Below are positions 19,664-28,419 of a stretch of DNA of 64,000 bases, piece by piece. The notes beneath the pieces were generated by a model. It saw nothing but the letters and a program-made list of their open reading frames with translations, did not search any database and was not told the origin of the DNA. Position numbers and translations under genes: made by a program. Within the stretch, counting starts at the first letter, position 1. Each line of letters begins with the position of its first letter. This DNA is from an uncultured Trueperaceae bacterium (lineage in GTDB: Bacteria; Deinococcota; Deinococci; Deinococcales; Trueperaceae): contig CAWCXJ010000006.1 of the NCBI GenBank assembly GCA_963799485.1, positions 608,001-672,000 on the forward strand. Direction: 5' to 3'.

Positions 19664-20819
19664 CTCAAGTCTTGCACTTATCCATAGAGAAGTTTAAGGC
19701 GTCGTGGTTGGTTTTGAGAAAGCCTTTCACAGTCAACCATAAGCCGGATAAGACAAACATCTATGAGGGTCTCGAGGACACTTTTAGCGGCTTGTAAAAG
19801 GTTAAGCGTGCGCTGGCTCAGAGAACGTTTGAAGCTTGCTAAGCTAAAGGCTAAACAGGCCGGGAAAATCCAGAAACGGATGCCGTCTTTTGTCCCAAGC
19901 CGTGCTTCTTTAAGACCGAAATCATGCTTAACGGACTTGAAAAACGATTCAATGAGCCACCTGCGGCGATAGCGTTTGGCGAGATAGGCACCGCCAGCCG
20001 CAAAGGTAGCGGCGACGTAGAAGCGCTTTTTACCACCCTCACGTTTGACGTCGCACCAACTTAGCCATAGCGGTAAGTCAGCTAGGTCACGAAGGGCAAG
20101 CTGTTCACCACGCTTGCTAAGTTCACTGAGCTTACGTCCATCAGCTAAACGGTGGTTGCACTTCATGCCGACGAGTAAACGTGTAAAGCCCAAACTTTGG
20201 CAACCGGTAATGAAGTCGCAGCTGCTAAAGCCTGAATCAGCCATGACGACAACGCGTACTCCAAAGCGTGAGGCGGGGAACTCAGCCAAGAGTTCGAGTG
20301 CCAACTCCACCACGCTCGGCTTACCTTTGCCCTGATAGATGCGGTAGCCCAAAGGAACTCTAAAGCTGTCTACGCAGGCGTGCAGAACTACGAGTTGAAT
20401 ACTAAAGCGTTTGTTAAACACTCGCGCAAAAGGGATACGCTTGCCCGTCTTCTCGCTACAGGTGAGGTCAAGCTTCAAGAGTACGTCGCCCCGTCTGCCC
20501 CGTCTCGGCAACCGAGCGAACCGGGCAAACTGCCACGCATTCAACGCTTCCCAAAACACTGCCTCGGGCGCGTGATGACACGACAGAAAGCGGCTCGCGG
20601 TACTTGCTGAAATACCCGTTCTGCAAGGTGGTTTTTAGCTCAGTATCTGGAAACAGCGCGACAAGGGCTCTAAACGTCCTGACTTCTCGCCTATTCCAAA
20701 GCAAGCTCTCGAGGCTTTTTAGTAGACTATTGACGTGCTGGTTGGGTTGAGTTCTCACACCCTCAAACTACCAACTAGCACATACTTTTTCATCGTTGCG
20801 GGTTTTTGCAAGGCTTGAG
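19664..20819 (-). mobile_element. Full-length IS (IS701/IS4-like DDE) with frameshifted transposase
   Basis: 13-bp terminal IRs CTCAAGTCTTGCA / TGCAAGGCTTGAG (1 mismatch); 5-bp TAAAA duplication (19659-19663, 20820-20824); motifs LDLT, ADSGF, YRRRWLIESFFK; ORF split into 20468-20758 and 19678-20559. Confidence 0.88.
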
Positions 20820-20868
20820 TAAAACGTGCCCCTCGTATCCTGGTATCCCGGTAAGTTATCCTGAACAC

Positions 20869-22734
20869 GTGTCGCGTATTCCTACCGGTGAACTGCTCGA
20901 TGAACGCTATGAGGTCGTCGGCGCTTTGGGGCAGGGCGGCATGGCACACGTTTACCGCGCTTTCGACCGGCACTTGGAGCGCGAAGTCGCACTCAAAGTT
21001 TTGCGTCCGCACCTGACCGAGGCCGATACCGAGCGCTTTCGCCGCGAGATTATGACGCTTGCCAAATTCAGCCACCCGAACATCGTGAGTATCTACGATC
21101 TCGGGCGCGGCGACCACGTGTACTTCGCCATGGAGCTGATTTCCGGCGGGCCGCTGACCGAACTCGGGCCGCTTGGGGCCGACCCCGAACCGCTGCTGCA
21201 CTTTTTAGAGACTGCTGTAAGGGTTGCCGAGGCGCTCGCGTATGTTCACCGCCTGGGGATGGTCCACCGCGACCTTACCCCGCGCAACATTCTCTTAACC
21301 CCCGAAGGCCATCCCAAGGTAATGGACTTCGGGCTCGTACAGCTCGCCGAGTCGAGCCGTCAGCTGACCCGCACCGGCCTGACGCTCGGCACGCCGCAAT
21401 ATATGGCTCCGGAGCAGGCCCAGGGCGGCCTAACCGGGGCGCACACCGACCTCTACGCGCTCGGGGCGGTGCTTTACAAAACCGTTACCGGGGTCGCCCC
21501 TTTCGAGGCCGAAAACGACCTCACACTTCTCTATCAGCATGTTTACGGCACGCTCATTGCGCCCATCGATCTCAACCCGGCACTACCAAAAAGTCTCTCC
21601 GACCTCATCGTCAGCTTATTGGCGAAAAGTCCATTAGAGCGCCCCGCTTCCGGTGAACGCGTCGCCGACGCTCTTAAGACAGTTCAGGCAACTGTCGCCC
21701 GGCAGAGCAGCGCCGAGCGGCTCGGCGGGCCGGGGCAGCACGGCGTCTTTACCGGGGGGCCGGTCAATCCGGAAGGGCTCAACAGGGTCTGGCGCAGCAA
21801 ACTCGCCGCAGGCCCGCAGTGGCCGGGGGCGCTTACGGCAGCTGCCGGGTTTTTGCTCCTCGGCTTGCGGAGCGAAGAGGTGGTGGTGCTGCACCCGAGT
21901 GACGGGGGCGTTCAGGCACGTTTTGAAACCGATGATGAGGTCAACAGCGCTATTGTCAGCGTTGGGGACACGCTCCTCTATACGAGCCGTTCGGGGAGTC
22001 TAAGCGCACACCGCTGGCCGGGCGGTGCGCTGCTCTGGCGTGACGAAAACGCCGGGGTCGCCGGGTTTGTACCCTACGCCGGAAGTTTGTTTTTAGGGAC
22101 GGCGGGGGGGCTCGAGCGCCGCACCCTACAAAACGAACAGCTGTGGCGCTACCCCAGCGACCCTGCTGAAACCGCGCCGACCGTTTGCGGCACAGCACAT
22201 CATGCAGTGCTCTGCTACCTCACGCGTTCGGGTTGGCTCCACGGTGTCGGGTTAGGTGGCGAGGGCCGTTTCAAGGCACAGTTCGGTGAGGTGACAGCCC
22301 AACCTGCCGCAAAAGGGAACCTGCTCCTGCTGCCTGAACGCAGCGGCGACCTGCACGCGTTTAGCCTGGAGACCTTCGAGGTACTCTGGAGCTACGACAT
22401 GGAAGGGCCGCTATGGGCCTCACCGCTCGTCTGGGGCCCGTATGTCTACAGCGTGTCGTGGGCCGGAGTGATGCGCTCTTTGTCGCTCCAAACCGGCGAC
22501 GACCTCTGGGAAACGTCGCTCGGCAGCCGCGTCACGGCGACGCCGATACTCGCCGGGGGCGTCCTCTACGTCGCCACCGAGACAGGTGAACTCTTCATCC
22601 TCGACGCGCGCAGCGGTCGGGTGCTGTTTCGTGAACAGGTCGCTCAGAGCCCCATTCAGGCCAGTCCGCTGGTTTTGGGCGACACGCTTTTCGTTGCAGC
22701 CCTAGACGGTACCGTGCGCGCTTACCGCGCCTGA
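20869..22734 (+). CDS. rqkA: Ser/Thr protein kinase with C-terminal PQQ-type beta-propeller (RqkA-like)
   Basis: LGQGGMA, VALK, HRDL, DFG, GTPQYMAPE motifs plus W-containing propeller repeats; architecture of Deinococcus RqkA. GTG 20869 is 6 nt after TATCCT. Orthology is inferred. Confidence 0.8.
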   Translation: MSRIPTGELLDERYEVVGALGQGGMAHVYRAFDRHLEREVALKVLRPHLTEADTERFRREIMTLAKFSHPNIVSIYDLGRGDHVYFAMELISGGPLTELGPLGADPEPLLHFLETAVRVAEALAYVHRLGMVHRDLTPRNILLTPEGHPKVMDFGLVQLAESSRQLTRTGLTLGTPQYMAPEQAQGGLTGAHTDLYALGAVLYKTVTGVAPFEAENDLTLLYQHVYGTLIAPIDLNPALPKSLSDLIVSLLAKSPLERPASGERVADALKTVQATVARQSSAERLGGPGQHGVFTGGPVNPEGLNRVWRSKLAAGPQWPGALTAAAGFLLLGLRSEEVVVLHPSDGGVQARFETDDEVNSAIVSVGDTLLYTSRSGSLSAHRWPGGALLWRDENAGVAGFVPYAGSLFLGTAGGLERRTLQNEQLWRYPSDPAETAPTVCGTAHHAVLCYLTRSGWLHGVGLGGEGRFKAQFGEVTAQPAAKGNLLLLPERSGDLHAFSLETFEVLWSYDMEGPLWASPLVWGPYVYSVSWAGVMRSLSLQTGDDLWETSLGSRVTATPILAGGVLYVATETGELFILDARSGRVLFREQVAQSPIQASPLVLGDTLFVAALDGTVRAYRA

Positions 22735-22760
22735 AACCGAAACCTCGTCGTGTACACAGA

Positions 22761-22823
22761 CTGACAGTAGCCTGACACAGTTCTGACAAGCTGGTTTATT
22801 GTGACCGGCGTATCTGTTACACT
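22761..22823 (+). promoter_or_regulatory. Pho-box-like triple repeat and extended -10 upstream of the ugp-like operon
   Basis: CTGACA at 22761, 22772, 22783 (11-bp period); TGnTACACT at 22815-22823. Confidence 0.6.
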
Positions 22824-22856
22824 GGCTGGAGCATCGTTTTAATCAAAGGAGATTTT

Positions 22857-24161
22857 ATGAAGCGTCTGCTATTTTTGATCTTGGCCCTCGGTCTGGCAAC
22901 CGGCTTGGCCTCCGCCTCCGCCCAAACCCAGCTCACCTTCTGGCACGCCTTTAACGACGAACCGCGTTCGAACTGGATTGAAGAACGCGCCGCCGAGTGG
23001 AGTGCGCAAAACCCCGATTTTGTCATGAACGTCGAAGCGAAGGGCACATATCCGGAAACACTTCAGGCTGCGATTTTAGGCGCGCGGCAGGGCGACACAC
23101 CGCACATCGTGCAGGTCTACGAAATCGGCTCGCAACTTGCGCTCGACGCCGGCATCTTTACGCCGGTCGGTGAGGTCGAAGGCGACTTCGACTTTTCGGA
23201 CTACATCGAGCCTGTTTTGAACTACTACACGATCAACGGGCAGGTCAATTCGATCCCGTTTAACTCGTCGTCGCCCATTTTATACACCAACAAAACGTTG
23301 ATGGCGCAAGCCGGGCTCGACCCGGAAAACCCGCCTGAAACTTACGGCGAGATTATCAACGCGTGCGAAACCATTGCAGCGTCGGACGTGCCGGCAGATT
23401 GTTTCGGCGTGAGCTTGAACGGCTGGTTTTTCGAGCAGTGGATGGCGGAGCAGAACGCAAACTTGCTCAATGAGGGCAACGGGCGTGATGGACGCGCCAC
23501 TGAAGTCAACTTTGAGAGCGAAGCGTTTAAGAACATCGCCAACTTTTTCAAAACGATGAACGACGCCGGCTACTACACCTATACGGGAGCGCTCGAGGAC
23601 TGGGACGGCTCCGCCGCGATTTTCACAAATCAGCAGTCGGTCTTCCTCATCACCTCGACCGCCGACCTCGGCAACCTGACAACGGCGGCTGAGGAGAGCG
23701 GCTTCGAGATTGGGGCCGGACTTTTGCCTATTCCCGACGGCACAGAGCGTAACGGGGTCGTGATCGGCGGCGCGAGCTTGTGGCTCGTAGCCGACAAACC
23801 CCCCGAAGAGCAGGCCGCCGCACTTGATTTCATCCTCTATATGACCAACACCGAGAACATGGTGTCGTGGCACAAGTTGACCGGTTACTACCCGGTTCGT
23901 AACTCGTCGGTCGAGGCGCTCCGTGAAGAGGGCTGGTTCGAGCAGTTTCCTAACTACAGCGTCGCCTTTAATCAGCTTTTGGATACAAACGTCAATCAGG
24001 CCACCGCCGGGGCGCTCAGCGGCAACATGCAGGAGATTCGCACGATTACCGAAGAGACGATGCAGCGTATTTTCGGGGGCGGCGCGGTTGACGCCGAACT
24101 CGCGCGGGCTGCCGAGCAGGCCGCCGCCCGGCTCGCAGAGTACAACAGCAACTTTCGATAG
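22857..24161 (+). CDS. ugpB: ABC substrate-binding protein, glycerol-3-phosphate type
   Basis: Signal peptide; FWHA, PHIVQVYEIG, SIPFNSSSPILY, IGGASLW and WHKLTGYYP motifs. Confidence 0.8.
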   Translation: MKRLLFLILALGLATGLASASAQTQLTFWHAFNDEPRSNWIEERAAEWSAQNPDFVMNVEAKGTYPETLQAAILGARQGDTPHIVQVYEIGSQLALDAGIFTPVGEVEGDFDFSDYIEPVLNYYTINGQVNSIPFNSSSPILYTNKTLMAQAGLDPENPPETYGEIINACETIAASDVPADCFGVSLNGWFFEQWMAEQNANLLNEGNGRDGRATEVNFESEAFKNIANFFKTMNDAGYYTYTGALEDWDGSAAIFTNQQSVFLITSTADLGNLTTAAEESGFEIGAGLLPIPDGTERNGVVIGGASLWLVADKPPEEQAAALDFILYMTNTENMVSWHKLTGYYPVRNSSVEALREEGWFEQFPNYSVAFNQLLDTNVNQATAGALSGNMQEIRTITEETMQRIFGGGAVDAELARAAEQAAARLAEYNSNFR

Positions 24162-24228
24162 GTTATCTTTACGGCTTCGGGCTGCGTGACGCGGCCCGAA
24201 GTTTCGTTAGCTTGGGTATGGAGGTAAG

Positions 24229-25155
24229 GTGCAACCTGTATTTAAGAGTCGTTCACTGGCGTGGCTGTTGCTGCTACCGACGCTGATTATTTTATTGATA
24301 TTTATCTACTATCCGCTGCTTAAATCGTTCGTCTCGAGCCTCTACCGCAGCAACCTCTTTTTGGGCACGTGGCAGTTTGCCGGACTGGAAAACTTCCGCT
24401 CGCTCTTTACCGGTCCACTCGCTCCGGCCTACATTCAGGCGCTCGTTCAAACGGTCGTTTTCAGTCTTCTGGTCGTCTCTATCGGGCTCTTGTTCAGCCT
24501 CGGGATTGCCACACTTGCCAATCAACCCGTGCGCGGCGCACGCGTGTACCGGCTGCTGCTCATCTGGCCCTTCGCTCTCTCACCCGCCGTTGCCGGAACT
24601 ATCTTTTTATTTATCTTCAACCCGCAAGTCGGCATCGCCAACGATATTCTGGGCACAACCCTGGGGATTCGCCCTCGCTGGCTCGATACCCCGCTCCTGA
24701 CGTTTTCACTCGTCACCGCCGCCGCCATCTGGAAAAACCTGGGCTACAACATCGTCTTTTACCTTGCGGCGCTCCGCAACATCCCCGGTGAACTCGGTGA
24801 AGCCGGACAGTTAGACGGGGCGAACGGCTGGCAGCGGTTCTGGCGCATCACCTTTCCGCTGCTGAGCCCGATGACCTTTTTTCTGGTATTTACCAACCTG
24901 ACCTTTTCGTTTTTCGACACCTTCGGGCTCATCGACATCATGACCAGCGGCGGCCCAATCGGACGCCCGCCCCTTGATGAAACGGGCGTGACCACGACGC
25001 TTATCTACAAAATCTTTCAAGACGGCTTTAGTGGGACGGGCAACTTGGGCGTCGCGGCAGCGCAAAGTATCGTGCTGCTCTTTATCGTCGCGGGGATTGC
25101 GCTGTTGCAATTTCGTTTCGGCAACCGCCGCGTCTACTACGGGGGCGATCAGTGA
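24229..25155 (+). CDS. ugpA: ABC permease
   Basis: LLIWPFALSPAVAG, WKNLGYN, EAA loop, LIYKIFQDGF, AAAQS. Confidence 0.8.
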   Translation: MQPVFKSRSLAWLLLLPTLIILLIFIYYPLLKSFVSSLYRSNLFLGTWQFAGLENFRSLFTGPLAPAYIQALVQTVVFSLLVVSIGLLFSLGIATLANQPVRGARVYRLLLIWPFALSPAVAGTIFLFIFNPQVGIANDILGTTLGIRPRWLDTPLLTFSLVTAAAIWKNLGYNIVFYLAALRNIPGELGEAGQLDGANGWQRFWRITFPLLSPMTFFLVFTNLTFSFFDTFGLIDIMTSGGPIGRPPLDETGVTTTLIYKIFQDGFSGTGNLGVAAAQSIVLLFIVAGIALLQFRFGNRRVYYGGDQ

Positions 25156-25165
25156 GAGGTAAACC

Positions 25166-26053
25166 TTGAAGCGCAACACCTTTTGGATTCACCTGCTGCT
25201 GATTCTGGCGTGTCTGCTCGTGACCGCGCCCATCTTGTTTGCTCTGGTCAAAGCAACGCAGACGCGGGCGCAAGTTCTCTCGCCGAGTCTGGTTCCCGGC
25301 ACCATGCTCTGGGAGAACGTCCGGGCGGCGTGGACGGGGGGCAATCTGGGTATCTACATGCGGAACTCGCTCATCGTCGCGGCGGCGGTGACGTTCGGCA
25401 AAACGCTCTTGTCGCTGATGGCAGCGACCGCGCTCGTGTACTTCGAGTTTCCCTTCCGGCGGCTCGTGTTCGGGCTCATTTTGCTGACCCTGATGACGCC
25501 TTTAGAGGTTCTCGTGTTGCCACTCTTCGACCTCATCTCACAGCAGCCGCCCGAATCGTGGCGCGTTTTTTGGGAATGGTTTCGCAATCCGGTCGATGTG
25601 TTTTTAAGTCCGATTCAGTACGGGTTTGGCTGGGCCAACACCTATTGGGCCATTATCGTGCCCTTTCTAGCGTCGGCAACGGGCGTGTTTTTGTTCAATC
25701 AGCACTTTCGCTCGATTCCGCGCAGCTTGGCCGACGCCGCTAAAATCGACGGGGCCGGGCCGGTGCGTTTTTTACGGAGTGTGCTGATTCCGATGAGCTG
25801 GAACACCATCGGGGCGCTGGCAGTCATTCAGTTCATCTATGTGTGGGATCAGTATCTGTGGCCGCGTATCATCATCCGGCGCAACGAAACACAGGTCGTA
25901 CAAATTGGCCTGAATGCGCTCGTGTCGGGCGACCGGGTAGAGTGGGGCCAGGTGATGGCGGCGGCGCTCTTGACGATTATCCCGCCGCTTATCGTCTTCG
26001 GCCTGCTGCAAGAGCAGTTTATGCGCGGGTTTGCGCTCTCGAGCGACAAGTAG
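25166..26053 (+). CDS. ugpE: ABC permease
   Basis: ASATGVFLF, DAAKIDGAGP, WDQYLWP. Confidence 0.8.
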   Translation: MKRNTFWIHLLLILACLLVTAPILFALVKATQTRAQVLSPSLVPGTMLWENVRAAWTGGNLGIYMRNSLIVAAAVTFGKTLLSLMAATALVYFEFPFRRLVFGLILLTLMTPLEVLVLPLFDLISQQPPESWRVFWEWFRNPVDVFLSPIQYGFGWANTYWAIIVPFLASATGVFLFNQHFRSIPRSLADAAKIDGAGPVRFLRSVLIPMSWNTIGALAVIQFIYVWDQYLWPRIIIRRNETQVVQIGLNALVSGDRVEWGQVMAAALLTIIPPLIVFGLLQEQFMRGFALSSDK

Positions 26054-26199
26054 CCGCTACCGGCGTGGTACGAACGCGTATTCACGTGCACGTCTTAGGA
26101 ACAAACCGGAGCAGTGCGTGAGCGCTGCGCCGCGCCACCTAACATGAGACCGTACAATACGGCTATGCAGCACTTGACGACACCGACCGGGGCAGCCTG

Positions 26200-26934
26200 A
26201 TGACCACGAACCAGCGAACCCGCACCGTGTTCGTCGCAGAGCACGATGAACGACTTTTGCAACTTATCGAACTAGCCCTTAGTGCAAAGGGATACGCAGT
26301 TCTCAGTGCGCGGTTCGGCGCGGAGGTGCTCGCGGGGCTCGAGCACACCACCCCCGCACTTATCGTGCTCGGACATCTGCCCGACCTGAGCACCGCCGAA
26401 CTCACCCGGCGCATCTGCCTGGTTCCCCGTTTGCAAAACGTTCCGCTGCTGCTTACGAGCGGTGAAGCGGCCCCTGAGGTGGGCGCTGTTCTCACGCGTC
26501 CCTTTACCGGCACAGCCCTTACGGGCGCGGTTGAACGCCTTCTTGGAAACTCGCCGTCTGTCGGTGCGAGGAGCGCGCACACCGTTATGGTCATCGAAGA
26601 CAGCGCTGCCCTGCGTGGGCTAATCACCGATATCTTGCATCGGCAGGGGTTCGGTATCGAAACAGCGGAGAATGTACCGCAGGCGAAAGCTTTAATCAAA
26701 CGCCGCGCCAACGACGTCAGCCTCATCCTCTTGGACGTAAACCTCCCCGGTGGTACCGGCTTCGAGCTTTTGGAGCTGATCCGGCAGCGCTCGAGCGTCC
26801 CGGTGTTTATCCTCTCGGCTTTGCGGCAGCAAGAGCAGATGCAGCGGGGACAGGCGCTCGGGGCACAAGCATTTATCGAAAAACCGTTTAATCCCAGAGA
26901 ACTCGTCCGGAAAATCCGTGACGTTTTGACCTAG
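26200..26934 (+). CDS. Tandem receiver-domain protein with no output domain
   Basis: First REC degenerate (AEHD, LIVLG, TRPF); second canonical (IEDS, LLDVNLP, EKPF). Confidence 0.8.
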   Translation: MTTNQRTRTVFVAEHDERLLQLIELALSAKGYAVLSARFGAEVLAGLEHTTPALIVLGHLPDLSTAELTRRICLVPRLQNVPLLLTSGEAAPEVGAVLTRPFTGTALTGAVERLLGNSPSVGARSAHTVMVIEDSAALRGLITDILHRQGFGIETAENVPQAKALIKRRANDVSLILLDVNLPGGTGFELLELIRQRSSVPVFILSALRQQEQMQRGQALGAQAFIEKPFNPRELVRKIRDVLT

Positions 26935-27047
26935 ACTTCAGCCTGAATTTCAATGACCAAGCTCGTTTCTAAGACCCATCAAACAGCCTCACTGCTCACG
27001 ACAAATGTAAATTTTCACGAGTATAGCAATTCCCAAAAGCATTGAAT

Positions 27048-27150
27048 TACTACCTCAGATAGCAGCTTCTTCGTTTGAAACGGGCAGCTTTGGCTCTAGC
27101 CTGGTGCCGCCTGTGCCAAAAAGACCAAGTGGGAATTTGTGATGGGTCTA
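27048..27150 (-). mobile_element. IS701-family transposase C-terminal remnant
   Basis: Minus strand reads TWSFWHRRHQARAKAARFKRR...LR*, like the IS701 WSxWRRxHQ motif. Confidence 0.6.
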
Positions 27151-27155
27151 GAGAA

Positions 27156-28148
27156 TCAGCACTGCCAATCCTCACCGCTACAGGTTAAGCTGCAGGACGG
27201 CAAGTTACTCGGTGGACCTGCGGGAACGGGTTGTTAAAGCGCAGCTCGAGGAAGGGCAGAACAAAAGTGTGGTAGCCCGGCGCTTCGGGTCAGTCGGTGG
27301 ACGGGTGCGCGTTACGTTAAACGGGCGGCTACGGGCAGCTTAGTTCCAACGCCCCACCCGGGCAGCAAGCAGCGGCTCGGTGAGGTGGCGTGTGAGTTGA
27401 AGGCACAGGTCGAAGCCCATCACGACTGGAACCTCGCACAGCACGCTGCTACGCTTACCGAGACGACCGGGGTCGAGCTCAGGAAGTCGTCGGTGGGCAA
27501 TTACTTGAAGCGTTTGGGTATCACCTATAAAAAAGGGCTTTACGGCGCGCGAACGAGGTGAAGCGGCCCGCACGAGTTACCGGAACGAGGTAAAAGACAA
27601 AGCCGGCAAGCAGCTTGTCTTTATCGACGAGACCAGCGCCTTCGTGGGCCAAAGCCGGGAGTACGGTCGTGCAGCGAGCGCTGAGCGGGTGCATGATACC
27701 CGGCCTAAAGGCAAGAAAGCTCGCGTCAGCTTAATCTCTGCAATAACCCTATACAGCGATGACTGACACAAGCGTTAGTCATTACCGATACAGTCAACAA
27801 AAATGCGTTTCTGGCATTTCTCGCGACTACCCGGCTCCCGACTCTGACCAAAGGTAGCGTGCTCGTCATGGACAACTGGCGTGTGCATCATGGTGATGAC
27901 GTTCGAGGCCTCGTAAACGCTGCAGGCTGTGAACGCCGGTATCTGCCAACCTACTCACCTGACCTAAACCCCACCAAACACCTGTTCGCCAAAGTTAAAG
28001 CCTTCGCCAAAGCGCTTCGGCCCGACTCGGCCGACAAGCTGCGCCAAGCTTTTTGTGACGCCCTCAAAACCGTTACACAAGACAACATTCTCAACTCGTT
28101 TCTGCACTGCGGCTATGCGTTGGAGCAGTGAAGCGTGGAAATGCGATA
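27156..28148 (+). mobile_element. IS630-family element, degenerate
   Basis: ASYSVDLRERVV...LGITYKK with an A-run slippage site; VFIDET, VMDNWRVH, YLPTYSPDLNP; start codon lost and extra frameshifts. Confidence 0.88.
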
Positions 28149-28213
28149 AAATGTTTGTGACCACCGCCTAGCTTAGGGGTAGTGCGTTTGCCCTAGGACG
28201 AAGAGCGCGCTGC

Positions 28214-28242
28214 TTGACACGCTCAAACCGCCCCGATATACT
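28214..28242 (+). promoter_or_regulatory. SigA-type promoter of the ilv-leu operon
   Basis: TTGACA-17 bp-TATACT. Confidence 0.85.
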
Positions 28243-28251
28243 CGCTTTTAG

Positions 28252-28341
28252 ATGAAAGATGCCTCTACCCGTCAACTAGGCTGCGCGCTAAACCTAATCG
28301 GTCTAGACCTAGCTGTTGCAGGTTGGCAGGGCGTCGTTTAG
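28252..28341 (+). CDS. ilv operon leader peptide (29 aa)
   Basis: MKDASTRQLGCALNLIGLDLAVAGWQGVV*; all five Leu codons are CTA, plus one Ile and three Val; lies between promoter and terminator. Confidence 0.75.
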   Translation: MKDASTRQLGCALNLIGLDLAVAGWQGVV

Positions 28342-28364
28342 TCGTAACGGAGAATCCATAAACG

Positions 28365-28396
28365 CCCCCGCCAACCACACCGGCGGGGGTTTTTTT
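28365..28396 (+). terminator. Attenuator terminator
   Basis: CCCCCGCC-loop-GGCGGGGG-T7; the 5' arm can instead pair with GGTTGGCAGGGCGTCGTTTA (28321-28340). Confidence 0.85.
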
Positions 28397-28419
28397 GGGC
28401 AGGGCAAGGGAGTTTAAGT

